This document shows positions 26,587 through 35,661 of a DNA stretch of 64,000 nucleotides, piece by piece; the stretch's first letter is position 1; the number at the start of each line of letters is the position of its first letter. The notes under the pieces are model-generated. The model did no database searches, had not been told where the DNA came from, and saw nothing but the letters and a program-made list of their open reading frames with translations. The position numbers were made by a program, and so were the translations under genes. The stretch is from Candidatus Izemoplasmatales bacterium (GTDB lineage: Bacteria; Bacillota_I; Bacilli_A; Izemoplasmatales; Hujiaoplasmataceae): positions 34,116 through 98,115 of the forward strand of contig JBAZNL010000003.1 of the NCBI GenBank assembly GCA_041649275.1. Reading direction: 5' to 3'.

Positions 26587-27459
26587 TCAGGAACCCCGGA
26601 CGAGGTTCTTGCCTTCCTTCTTGGCGAGATAGAGGTTGTTATCGGCGGTGCAGACGAGTTCTTCGAGCGAGGTTTCCTCGGCGCGCGTCCGGATTCCGAC
26701 GCTCACCGTGAGATGGAGCGGCCCCTCGTCGGAAAGCGGGAGCGACTTTCCGGCGACGGCGGCTTGGATCCGTCGCGCGACGAAGGCGGCGGCCTCGAAG
26801 CCGGAACCGACGAGACCGATGACGAATTCGTCGCCGCCGTAGCGGCCGATCACGTCGCGCGCGCCGAGCTGGTCGCGGATCGTCCCGGCGACACTCTTCA
26901 GGACGGCGTCGCCCGCGGCGTGGCCGAAGCGGTCGTTGATCGCCTTGAAGTCGTCAACGTCGATCATCAGGATCGAGAGCGCGTCGCCGTGCTCGTTCGC
27001 CTGGCGAAGCAGCTCGTCGAGCAGCTGGAAGGCGTACTGGCGGTTGTAGGTGTTGCAGAGGAAGTCGTTCTGCGCCATGTTCATGAGCAGCCTGCCTTCG
27101 ACCTTCTCGGATACATCCATGCAGCTGCCGATGAAACCGACGAAGGCCCCCTTGCGGTCGAAGACAGGAACGCCGCGGTCGTTGATCCAGCGGTATTCGC
27201 CGTCATGACGGCGGAGCCGGTAGTCCATCTCGAACGGCTGGTGCGCGTGGAAATGGTCGAGGTAGATCTTGACGCAGCGGTCGAAGTCGTCGGGATGGAC
27301 GCCGGATGCCCAGCCGAAGCCGCGCTCCTCTTCGGCGCTCCTTCCCGTGAAGGCGAGCCAGGTGCGGTTGAAGTAATCGCACTCGGTCGACAGGTTCGAA
27401 CGCCAGATCATGTTCGGCGACGATTCGACGATCAGCCGGTATTCCTCTTTCTTCAGCAT
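26587..27459 (-). CDS. PAS-domain diguanylate cyclase (GGDEF)
   Basis: The N-terminal PAS reads IVESSPNMIWRS...DGEYRWINDRGVPVFD. The C-terminal GGDEF domain carries the intact active site RYGGDEF. The start at 27459 has a GGGGGAGG RBS. Confidence 0.8.
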   Translation of the reverse strand: MLKKEEYRLIVESSPNMIWRSNLSTECDYFNRTWLAFTGRSAEEERGFGWASGVHPDDFDRCVKIYLDHFHAHQPFEMDYRLRRHDGEYRWINDRGVPVFDRKGAFVGFIGSCMDVSEKVEGRLLMNMAQNDFLCNTYNRQYAFQLLDELLRQANEHGDALSILMIDVDDFKAINDRFGHAAGDAVLKSVAGTIRDQLGARDVIGRYGGDEFVIGLVGSGFEAAAFVARRIQAAVAGKSLPLSDEGPLHLTVSVGIRTRAEETSLEELVCTADNNLYLAKKEGKNLVRGS

Positions 27460-27742
27460 TCCATGCCTCCCCCGCCCGAAATCCGGCGTGCCTGAATCCC
27501 ATTTTACTATGATGTTCAAAATAAATCAAGAAAGATGGGAATCTTGACCGACGAACCGGCCGCGGAACCGGCGGGAGATCGGGATGGTCGGGAGCGTGGA
27601 CGACGTTCTCGGCCTTTCTGCATCCCATCCTCATCGAATTTCATTTTTTTGCATCACGGGTCGCTTCCCGCGGTATAATGGATATGAAGTGCGCCGAGTC
27701 CGCTGATTCGCCGCACCGTGTCGTCCCAGCCCGGAGGAGCCT

Positions 27743-29224
27743 ATGAGAAGAGCCTGCCTGTTCTGTCTGTCCGCCCTCGCCGCCTTGACGGCGATCGCTT
27801 GCGGAAAATCCGCCACGACGGTCGCGACCACGTCCGTTCCGCTCCCGTTCGACGCCGGCACGCTCCTGACGCCGATCGATCCGCCGGATTCGTTCCGCGA
27901 CATTCTGGCGAACGGGGACCGGATCCTGCACCTCGACGAGAGCATGGTCGTCTTTCGGGAGGACGGCGGGACGACCGTCATCGCCGACGGCGAGACCTAC
28001 CGCTTCCCTTCCGTCGCCTTCGTCGCCGACGATCAAAGCCGGTGGTTCCTCGGTTTCGATTCCGTCACGCGGACGTTGTATTATTACGAAGACGTCAATA
28101 CCAGGTACACCAGCCTCGAATTCGTCTCGCTTTCCGGCATCGACGACGAGGATCCCGCGTTCATCGGTTATTCCGAAACGCTCAAGTTCCGTTCCCCGTC
28201 CTTCACCGTGACCGGCAACACGATCCGCGACTTCCGCGGCGCGACGCTTTTCCAGAACGGCGAGACGATCGCGTTCCCCGGGTCGATCCCCGGTGATCCA
28301 CTCCGGTTCTACACCTACCATCGCGCCTACGATGCGGCCGATCGGGGCTGCACGATCGAGACTTACGACGGTTTCGACGCCGAGCCGTCCGCCGTCCAGC
28401 CGGTGCATGACACCTACACCTGCGGCGATGTCGCCGCGCGGACGCGGACCCAGGTCGCGATCGAGATCCTGCGATATTCGACGGTGAAGGGTTATGCCCT
28501 GATCGACGCCGCCGGAACGGTCCACACCTTCCTGTTCGAGGACTACCTTCCGGCCGGCGCGACCGTCGCGTTCGATTCGGTCAACATCGATGCATCGATT
28601 CCCGGCTTCGAATCGCCACGCTTCAAGTACGAGGATGCGGAGGACGAAATGCATACGGTCTTCACCGACATGGACTTCTCGTTCGTCGCGGACGTCGTCG
28701 GCGGCAACCGGTACCTGTTTGCGGACGACCGCATCCGCGTCTTCCGCGATTACGGCATCTTCGATCCGGATCTGGTCAGGATCGCGACCTATGCGGCGCA
28801 CTTCGAACACCCCATGGGGACGTATCTCGAGGCGATCGACGATTTCCTGCTTATCATCGAAACGAACCTCGTCGACGAGGAGTTCTACGCCTACACCACG
28901 GTGCTGAATCGCTCGACCGCGTCGACCGCCGGATTCGACGGGATGGTCTATGAGATCGAAGGTGACCTCGCCGTCGTCGACACCGGGGACGACCTCGTCG
29001 TCTACGACAAGACGACCTGGACCGTGCTTCGGACCATCTCCGACGCCGACTACGAACTGCTTCAGGACGGGTTTCTGGTCTATCGAGGCGCATCCGGGAT
29101 GACGATCCTCGACGTCGCGACAGGAGTGGACGCGACGTTCGCGATCGTCTGCGAGTTCCCCTACGCCTGGACCGTCTACGGGTATCTGCTCGAGCGTGAG
29201 GGCGCATACTTCGTGTTTGGCTGA
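27743..29224 (+). CDS. hypothetical lipoprotein
   Basis: 493 aa. The N-terminus MRRACLFCLSALAALTAIAC has a signal peptide and a lipobox. The product is beta-rich with no recognised domain. Confidence 0.55.
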   Translation: MRRACLFCLSALAALTAIACGKSATTVATTSVPLPFDAGTLLTPIDPPDSFRDILANGDRILHLDESMVVFREDGGTTVIADGETYRFPSVAFVADDQSRWFLGFDSVTRTLYYYEDVNTRYTSLEFVSLSGIDDEDPAFIGYSETLKFRSPSFTVTGNTIRDFRGATLFQNGETIAFPGSIPGDPLRFYTYHRAYDAADRGCTIETYDGFDAEPSAVQPVHDTYTCGDVAARTRTQVAIEILRYSTVKGYALIDAAGTVHTFLFEDYLPAGATVAFDSVNIDASIPGFESPRFKYEDAEDEMHTVFTDMDFSFVADVVGGNRYLFADDRIRVFRDYGIFDPDLVRIATYAAHFEHPMGTYLEAIDDFLLIIETNLVDEEFYAYTTVLNRSTASTAGFDGMVYEIEGDLAVVDTGDDLVVYDKTTWTVLRTISDADYELLQDGFLVYRGASGMTILDVATGVDATFAIVCEFPYAWTVYGYLLEREGAYFVFG

Positions 29225-29358
29225 CGTGCCGGCGATTTTTACGGTTTCACAAGATTCCCCCTTGGAACGCATTTACTTTTCGCGCGTTTGTGCTATAATA
29301 CGACTTGAAATGGGCGTCGCCCGCCCCCAAGTCGCCCCGCGATTGAAAGGAATCCACC

Positions 29359-29790
29359 ATGCAGATCGAACTCGTGAACCTCGACCCGAAATCCATCGCC
29401 TTCGCCAACGACCGCGACGAAACGCTCGCGAACGCGAAGCTCGAAGCGTTCCTCGCCAATGCCGGGATCGTCCCCGAACACCGTTTCCAGAACGAACTCG
29501 TGATCAAGAAGGACGGCAAGCGCCTCGCCGTCTACATCAAGTACGCCTCGGTCCCCCGCGGCACGCCGAAGACGAAGGACGTGAACGTCGCCGACATGGC
29601 CGGCGGACCCGCGCTCAAGATCCGGATCTCGCCGGAGGAATACGTGCCCTTCACCGACGGCGACCTGATGCCCCGGATCCGCGAATATCTCGATGAGAAC
29701 CGTCTCGGCATCGACAACCGGCAGGCGAACGCGCTCGCCGAACCGCACGGCGACGGCTACGATGTCTATCTCCCCGTCAAGGGGAAATGA
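29359..29790 (+). CDS. hypothetical protein, co-transcribed with the downstream nucleotidyltransferase
   Basis: 143 aa. It ends 1 nt before the NTase start codon. No motif recognised. Confidence 0.5.
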   Translation: MQIELVNLDPKSIAFANDRDETLANAKLEAFLANAGIVPEHRFQNELVIKKDGKRLAVYIKYASVPRGTPKTKDVNVADMAGGPALKIRISPEEYVPFTDGDLMPRIREYLDENRLGIDNRQANALAEPHGDGYDVYLPVKGK

Positions 29791-29791
29791 G

Positions 29792-30556
29792 ATGGACGGA
29801 ATCCCCGAACTGCGCAAGTTCCTCGAGCCGCGGCTGCGCGCCTGCCCGGGCGTGCTTGCGGCCCATGAGGGCGGATCCGCCGCGACCGGCTTCTCCGACC
29901 GGTATTCCGACCTCGACCTCGAGGTCGTCTGCGAGGACGACGCCGTCGAGACGGTGATCGCGCTCGTCCGCGCGGCGCTCGACGAACGTTACGGCATCGA
30001 ACGCGAGTATCGCGTCCCCGAACCCGCCTGGCACGGCTTCTCGCAGGCATTCTACAAGCTGAAGGGGCTCGCTCCCTTCGTCTACGTCGACCTCGCCGTG
30101 ATCAAGGTCTCGATCCCCGACAAGTTCGAGGAAACCGACCGCCATGGCCGCGCCGTCGTGTGGTTCGAGAAGGAATCCGTGCTTTCCGAACGGATCTCGT
30201 CCGCGGAAGCGATCGACGCGCGCGGAAGACGGCTCTTCCGCCAGGCGACCGCGACCGACTTCCTGATGCTTCTCGAAGCCCGCAAGAACATTGCGCGCGG
30301 CCGCTTCGTCGAAGCGTTTCCCAACTTCTTCCGATATCTTGTCGCCCACGTGGGCGTCCTCCTCAATCTGAAGCATCGTCCCGCCAAGGCCGACTTCGGC
30401 GTCCGGTACGCCTACCGCGACTATCCCGAAGCGGACCGCCTCCTCGTCGAAGACGCGATGAAGGTCTCGAGCCTCGCCGAACTGTCGGCGATGCTCGACC
30501 GCCTCGAAGCGCGCTTCGAAGAGCTGAAGGCCGAGCTCTCCGGCCGCTGGAGCTGA
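29792..30556 (+). CDS. Pol-beta-superfamily nucleotidyltransferase (ANT/LinB-like minimal NTase core with a C-terminal helical domain)
   Basis: The NTase signature GGSAATGFSDRYSDLDLEVV (hG[GS]x9-13DhD) is present. The product is 254 aa. The start is translationally coupled to the upstream ORF. Confidence 0.65.
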   Translation: MDGIPELRKFLEPRLRACPGVLAAHEGGSAATGFSDRYSDLDLEVVCEDDAVETVIALVRAALDERYGIEREYRVPEPAWHGFSQAFYKLKGLAPFVYVDLAVIKVSIPDKFEETDRHGRAVVWFEKESVLSERISSAEAIDARGRRLFRQATATDFLMLLEARKNIARGRFVEAFPNFFRYLVAHVGVLLNLKHRPAKADFGVRYAYRDYPEADRLLVEDAMKVSSLAELSAMLDRLEARFEELKAELSGRWS

Positions 30557-30628
30557 TGCCCGAAAAGCCGCACGGAACGTCCTGAACCGTTTCAGCCATC
30601 CAGAATCCATACTCCAGGAGGTCCATCC

Positions 30629-31246
30629 ATGTCCCAGTGGTGGGAAGCATTGTCCGGTTTCCAGCAGGCCATGTTCGTCGTCGCGGCAATCGCGACCGCG
30701 ATCATGGCGATCTTCCTGATCCTCATGCTCTTCGGCATCGAAGGCGGCGAAGCCTCCGCCTATGGCGGCGACGTCGACGTGCCCGATGTCGACGCCGACG
30801 TTGACGTCGACGAGATCAACGACGAACCGCTCTCCGCAATCGGCGGCCTCAAGATCATCACGATCCGCGGCGTCCTCGCGTTCCTCGCGATCGGCGGCTG
30901 GACCGCCTTCTCGCTCGGCGACTTGATCCATCCGCTTCTCGCTTCGCTCTGCGGCCTCGCGTCCGGTTCGCTTGCGGCGATTCTGCTCGCGATCGGTCTC
31001 CGTGCGGCGATGAAACTCGAGTCCGAGGGCAACCTCGACCTCAAGAACGCCGTCGGCAAGATCGCGACCGTCTACCTCCGCGTCCCGAAGGACCGCACCG
31101 CCAAGGGCAAGGTCACGCTCACCGTCCAGGAACGCTACGTCGAAGCCGACGCCGTCACCGACGAGCATGAGGACCTGCCCACGGGCGTCGAGGTCGAGAT
31201 CGTCGACGAAGCCGACGAGAACACGCTCGTCGTCCGCCGCAAATAG
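30629..31246 (+). CDS. NfeD-like (YuaF-type) membrane protein, flotillin partner
   Basis: There are two TM segments, an acidic linker and a C-terminal OB-fold-like beta domain (KGKVTLTVQERYVEA...VEIVDEADENTLVVRR). It lies immediately upstream of the flotillin gene, as in B. subtilis yuaF-floT. Confidence 0.7.
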   Translation: MSQWWEALSGFQQAMFVVAAIATAIMAIFLILMLFGIEGGEASAYGGDVDVPDVDADVDVDEINDEPLSAIGGLKIITIRGVLAFLAIGGWTAFSLGDLIHPLLASLCGLASGSLAAILLAIGLRAAMKLESEGNLDLKNAVGKIATVYLRVPKDRTAKGKVTLTVQERYVEADAVTDEHEDLPTGVEVEIVDEADENTLVVRRK

Positions 31247-31300
31247 CGCCATCGTCCCCCTAGTCCTTCAAAAATCCACAGATAGAAAAGGAGATTTCCC

Positions 31301-32701
31301 ATGACACCCCTGTTCCTCGAATTTCCCATCGGTCTCGTCGTCACGATCATCCTGCTCTTCTTCACCGGCATCATCTTCATCGTCTCGCGCTACAAGAAGT
31401 GCCCGGCGGACAAGATCATGGTCGTCTACGGCAAGGTCGGACGCAACAACGACGGTTCCAACAAATCCGCCCACTGCATCCACGGCGGCGCCAAGTTCAT
31501 CTGGCCGATCTTCCAGGCATACCAGTTCCTCGACCTCACGCCGATGTCGATCCAGGTCGACCTCAAGAACGCCCTCTCCCGCCAGAACATCCGCATCGAC
31601 GTCCCTTCGCGCTTCACCGTCGGCATCTCGACGGAGGTCGGGATCATGCAGAACGCGGCCGAGCGCATCCTCGGGCTCGGCCTCTCCGAGATCCAGGAAC
31701 TCGCCAAGGACATCATCTTCGGACAGCTCCGTCTCGTCATCGCGACGATGGACATCGAGGAGATCAACACCGACCGCGACAAGTTCCTCGAAGCCGTCTC
31801 CCGCAACGTCGAGACCGAGCTGAAGAAGATCGGCCTCCGCCTCATCAACGTCAACGTCACCGACATCAACGACGAATCCGGCTACATCCAGGCCCTCGGC
31901 AAGGAAGCCGCCGCGAAGGCGATCAACGACGCCAAGAAGTCCGTCGCCGAGAAGAACCGCGACGGTTCGATCGGCGAGGCGAACGCCGTCAAGGACCAGC
32001 GCATCCAGGTCGCCTCGGCGAACTCGACCGCGATCAAGGGCGAGAACGAATCGCTCGGACTCATCTCCCAGTCCAACGCCAGCCGCCGCGAGATCGAGGC
32101 AGAGGCGCTCCGCCGCGCCATCGCCGCCGAGAAGATCGCCGCCGCCAAGGCCCTCGAGGAATCCTACGTCGCCGAACAGAACGCCGAGACGGCCCGCGCC
32201 GCCCGCGAGAAGGCGACGCTCGAGGCCGACGTCATCGTCAAGACCGAGATCGAGAAGCAGAAGCGCGTCCTCGAGGCCGAGGCCGAAGCCGAACAGATCC
32301 GCCGCCGCGCGAAGGGCGAGGCGGACGGCATCTACTCGAAGATGGAAGCCCAGGCGCGAGGCAACCAGGAACTTCTGACGAAACAGGCCGAAGGCTTCGC
32401 CGAGATCGTCAGAGCCGCCGGCGGAAGCCCCGACGCCGCCATCAAGATGCTCATCACCGACAAGCTCGAAACGCTCGTCAAGACCCAGGTCGAGGCGATC
32501 AAGAACCTCAAGTTCGACAGGATCACCGTCTGGGACGGCGGCGCGAAGGACGGCTCGTCGACGACGGCGAACTTCGCCTCGTCGCTCATGAAGTCGATCC
32601 CGCCGATGAACGACCTGTTCAAGATGGCGGGCATGGATCTGCCCAAGTATCTCGGCGAGGAGACGCCCGCCCCCGAGGCGAAGCCCGAACCGAAGAAGTA
32701 A
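31301..32701 (+). CDS. floT: flotillin (SPFH/band-7 domain, FloT/YuaG-like)
   Basis: There is an N-terminal membrane hairpin and an SPFH domain. A long Ala/Glu-rich coiled-coil (EA repeats) follows. The C-terminal tail is also present. The product is 466 aa. Confidence 0.85.
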   Translation: MTPLFLEFPIGLVVTIILLFFTGIIFIVSRYKKCPADKIMVVYGKVGRNNDGSNKSAHCIHGGAKFIWPIFQAYQFLDLTPMSIQVDLKNALSRQNIRIDVPSRFTVGISTEVGIMQNAAERILGLGLSEIQELAKDIIFGQLRLVIATMDIEEINTDRDKFLEAVSRNVETELKKIGLRLINVNVTDINDESGYIQALGKEAAAKAINDAKKSVAEKNRDGSIGEANAVKDQRIQVASANSTAIKGENESLGLISQSNASRREIEAEALRRAIAAEKIAAAKALEESYVAEQNAETARAAREKATLEADVIVKTEIEKQKRVLEAEAEAEQIRRRAKGEADGIYSKMEAQARGNQELLTKQAEGFAEIVRAAGGSPDAAIKMLITDKLETLVKTQVEAIKNLKFDRITVWDGGAKDGSSTTANFASSLMKSIPPMNDLFKMAGMDLPKYLGEETPAPEAKPEPKK

Positions 32702-32757
32702 TCCGAATGAAAACGACGCGCGGTCCCTCGCAGGACCGCGCGTCTCGTATTTTCGAT

Positions 32758-33594
32758 TCAGTATTTCGCCAGGTCCGGATGGCTGCCGAAGCGGCCGATT
32801 CCGGAAAGCGTCGCGATCTTCGCCTCGTCCTCGTCGTCGAGCGTGAAGGAGAAGACGTCGAGGTTCTCTTTGATCCTTGCCGGCGTGACCGATTTGGTAA
32901 GCGGATGGATCCCGCGATCGAGGATCCAGCGCAAGACGACCTGGGGGACGGTGCGGGCGTGCTTCGAAGCGATCTCTGCGAGGACCGGGTAGTCGAAGAC
33001 GTGGCCGCGCATCATCGGACTCCATGCCTGGACGAGGATTCCCCGGGCGCGGCACCAGGCGACGACGTCGTCGGCGGGATTTCCGGGATGGAGTTCGACC
33101 TGGTCGACCATGGGCTTGACCTCGGCGGCGTTCCAGAGCGGTTCGAGGTGGTGGGGAAGGAAGTTCGAGACGCCGATCGCGCGGACCTTGCCCTCGCGGT
33201 AGAGGCGTTCCATCGCCCGCCAGGTCTCGAGGTTCGTCGCCCTGTGGTCCGGGAAGCGGTTGACCGCCGGCCAGTGGATCAGGTAGAGGTCGACATACTC
33301 CACGCCGAGCTTGGCGCGGCTCGCCCCGAAGGCGCGCAGGGTCGATTCGTAGCCCTGGTCGTCGTTCCACACCTTGGTGGTGAGGAAGACCTCGGAGCGG
33401 GGGATGCCCGCATCGCGGATCGCGGCGCCGACGCCGGTCTCGTTTCCGTAGACCGCGGCGGTGTCGATCGCGCGGTATCCGGCCGACAGGGCGGCGCGGA
33501 CGGCGTTGTAGACGACGTCGCCGTCGGGGATCTGCCAGGTTCCGAAGCCGATCGGGGGGATCGCGACGCCGTTGGATAGGGTGAATGGTTTCAT
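32758..33594 (-). CDS. aldo/keto reductase (2,5-diketo-D-gluconate reductase-like AKR)
   Basis: The protein begins MKPFTLSNGVAIPPIGFGTWQ. DTAAVYGNE provides the catalytic Tyr. LIHWP and IGVSNF are classic AKR motifs. Confidence 0.85.
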   Translation of the reverse strand: MKPFTLSNGVAIPPIGFGTWQIPDGDVVYNAVRAALSAGYRAIDTAAVYGNETGVGAAIRDAGIPRSEVFLTTKVWNDDQGYESTLRAFGASRAKLGVEYVDLYLIHWPAVNRFPDHRATNLETWRAMERLYREGKVRAIGVSNFLPHHLEPLWNAAEVKPMVDQVELHPGNPADDVVAWCRARGILVQAWSPMMRGHVFDYPVLAEIASKHARTVPQVVLRWILDRGIHPLTKSVTPARIKENLDVFSFTLDDEDEAKIATLSGIGRFGSHPDLAKY

Positions 33595-33631
33595 GGGATG
33601 CTCCTTCGAAGGATGTCTTGGGGCAAGCGGG

Positions 33632-34234
33632 TCATTCGCCGTTCCATTCGGCGAGGAAACGGCCGAGATAGGCCGAGAGGAAGCGGTGGCGTCGAATCGC
33701 GATCCGTTTCGCCGTCTTCGTGTTCATCAGGTTCCGGAGATTAAGGAGCTTCTGCCCGAAGTGGGCGAGCGAGGAGTCGTCGTCCATCGAACCGGCGTAG
33801 ATCGGCCGGCCCTTGCGCCCCCCGTATGCGAAGGCGCGCGCGATCCCGATCGCACCGATCGCGTCGAGCCGGTCGGCGTCCTGGACGATCATGCCCTCGA
33901 TCGAAGAGACCGCCTTGCCTTCCATATGGGCGGTGTACGACATTGACGCGATGATCTCGAGAACCGCCTCGCGGGTCGCGGCCGGAACGTCCTGTTCGCG
34001 CAGGAAGCGTTCGGCGCGGTCGCCGGGACCGCCGAGCTTCTTGTCGTCGACGTCGTGGAGGATCGCCGCGAGGACGACGACGAAGCCGTCGGCCCGTTCG
34101 TGCGCGAGGATCCGCTCCGCCATCCGGCGGACCCGCTTCACATGCTCGTAGTCGTGTCCGGAGGCGTCGTCCTTCATCACCGTGTGGGCGAAGGCCTCGG
34201 CCTTCGCGACCACATGTCTTTCGAATCCGTCCAT
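33632..34234 (-). CDS. HD-domain phosphohydrolase
   Basis: The product is about 200 aa from ATG at 34234 (MDGFERHVV...). The H...HD motif (AAILHDVDD) and a second DADRLDAIG motif are present. The track's longer ORF extension runs antisense over the tRNA-Ala gene and is rejected. Confidence 0.7.
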   Translation of the reverse strand: MDGFERHVVAKAEAFAHTVMKDDASGHDYEHVKRVRRMAERILAHERADGFVVVLAAILHDVDDKKLGGPGDRAERFLREQDVPAATREAVLEIIASMSYTAHMEGKAVSSIEGMIVQDADRLDAIGAIGIARAFAYGGRKGRPIYAGSMDDDSSLAHFGQKLLNLRNLMNTKTAKRIAIRRHRFLSAYLGRFLAEWNGE

Positions 34235-34360
34235 CGTGCGCCTCCCGAATGATTCCTCACGACCATTATACCATGAGCGGGTGCACGATGCGAATCGGAC
34301 GCGTTTTCCGGAAGATGTCCGGAAACCGTCTCCGAGGAAGCGAAAGCAAGCATATTTCGC

Positions 34361-34389
34361 TTGCCAAATCGGACGATTTCGTGTAAAAT
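34361..34389 (+). promoter_or_regulatory. promoter of tRNA-Ala
   Basis: TTGCCA is followed by a 17-bp spacer and an extended -10 TGTAAAAT, ending about 22 nt before the tRNA 5' end. Confidence 0.6.
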
Positions 34390-34411
34390 CTTTCTTGGCG
34401 GCAAAATCAGT

Positions 34412-34487
34412 GGGACTGTAGCTCAATTGGGAGAGCACCAGCATGGCATGTTGGGGGTCGCGAGTTCGAGCCTCGTCAGTTCCACCA
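34412..34487 (+). tRNA. tRNA-Ala (anticodon GGC)
   Basis: The 76-nt sequence GGGACTGTAGCTCAATTGGGAGAGCACCAGCATGGCATGTTGGGGGTCGCGAGTTCGAGCCTCGTCAGTTCCACCA folds as a cloverleaf. It carries the G3:U70 Ala identity pair, the anticodon loop ATGGCAT and an encoded CCA. Confidence 0.85.
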
Positions 34488-34496
34488 CCTGATACA

Positions 34497-34528
34497 TCAG
34501 GCATCCAAGTTTGGATGCCTTTTTGTTT
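34497..34528 (+). terminator. rho-independent terminator after tRNA-Ala
   Basis: The stem GGCATCCAA pairs with TTGGATGCC across loop gt and is followed by TTTTTGTTT. Confidence 0.7.
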
Positions 34529-34611
34529 AATGCTTCAATGAGAATATTTGACCCAAAATGGTTGAATATGTCCCAGAACGTGCTATAATATAAATATAAA
34601 GGGTGGGCGCG

Positions 34612-35661
34612 ATGAAAAAAAAGAATATTCTTAACTTAATAAAATACTATAGTGAGAAGAATGATATCCAGTTTCGCAACGAAGCATATGATATTGCACG
34701 GGACTTTGATTCGGCCGGTGACTATCAATTGGCTGAATACATTATGTCGCTTTTGTCAAAAAATAACGTGTTCTATCCTCAAGTTAATGATGATAAGGAG
34801 TCATTCTTCAAAAAAGTGGATGTAGGAAATGAGTCTTTACCACTACCGAAGGCGATCAGCGATGACATCGTGGGTATGATCAACGCCATTAATCACAATG
34901 CTGGGATTAATAAGTTTATGTTTATTGGCGCACCGGGTACAGGTAAAACCGAAACTGTAAAGCAAGTCGCAAGATTACTTGAAAGACAACTTTTTATGAT
35001 TGACACTAGCGAACTCATTGATAGTAAACTTGGTCAGACAGCCAAAAATATCAGTGATGCATTTGCCGAGATAAACACTTTACCCTATCCCGCTAAGGTG
35101 CTCATCTTAATTGACGAACTAGATTCTATTGCTTTGGATCGAATCAACAACAATGATTTACGAGAAATGGGTAGAGTAACTTCAGCCTTCTTTAAGGAGT
35201 TGGACAATTTGAACGAAAATATAGTATTGGTTGCAACAACCAATCTTTTTGAGCGTTTTGATAAAGCCTTAACAAGGAGATTCGATTCCATCATTGATTT
35301 TAATAGATATACAAAAGAAGATTTAGTTGAGGTTGCAGAGAGCATCCTAAACACTCAACTTAAACGTTTCAAGACGGCTGGACATGACATGAAATTGTTC
35401 AAAAAAATTATCAATTGCATGACGATAATTCCTTACCCTGGTGAATTAAAAAATTTAATACGCTCTTCGATAGCTTTTAGCAATCCGAATAACGAATTTG
35501 ATTATCTTCGTAGAATGATAAGGAACGTTATACCGAATATTGGCGAAATATCTCCTAATAATTTGCAAAAAAGAGGATTCACAATACGAGAAATCGAAGT
35601 GTTGACTGGCGTTTCAAAAAGCTCCGTACAACGTGAACTGAAAGGTGAAAACCATGAATGA
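34612..35661 (+). CDS. AAA+ ATPase (classic-clade, SpoVK/CbbX-like) with C-terminal HTH; candidate antiphage ATPase (IetA-like)
   Basis: Walker A is GAPGTGKT and Walker B is ILIDELD. Sensor-1 is VATTN and the arginine finger region is ALTRRFD. The C-terminal approximately 40 aa (GFTIREIEVLTGVSKSSVQRELK) is HTH-like. GC is about 36%. Its own TATAAT -10 (34584-34589) and an AAGGGTGGG RBS precede the ATG. Confidence 0.75.
   Translation: MKKKNILNLIKYYSEKNDIQFRNEAYDIARDFDSAGDYQLAEYIMSLLSKNNVFYPQVNDDKESFFKKVDVGNESLPLPKAISDDIVGMINAINHNAGINKFMFIGAPGTGKTETVKQVARLLERQLFMIDTSELIDSKLGQTAKNISDAFAEINTLPYPAKVLILIDELDSIALDRINNNDLREMGRVTSAFFKELDNLNENIVLVATTNLFERFDKALTRRFDSIIDFNRYTKEDLVEVAESILNTQLKRFKTAGHDMKLFKKIINCMTIIPYPGELKNLIRSSIAFSNPNNEFDYLRRMIRNVIPNIGEISPNNLQKRGFTIREIEVLTGVSKSSVQRELKGENHE

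Noticed and set aside
27641-29272. 543-aa minus-strand ORF opposite the 27743-29224 lipoprotein gene
   Set aside because: The plus-strand frame has a signal peptide and lipobox and a good start. The antisense frame is Arg/Gly/Asp-rich with no start context.
31268-33370. 700-aa minus-strand ORF spanning the flotillin region
   Set aside because: It is antisense to the flotillin and AKR genes, which have unambiguous family motifs. The translation is low complexity.
33632-34504. 290-aa version of the HD-domain ORF extending over tRNA-Ala
   Set aside because: The N-terminal 90 aa would be the reverse complement of the tRNA-Ala gene and its terminator. The internal ATG at 34234 (MDGFERH) begins the HD domain.
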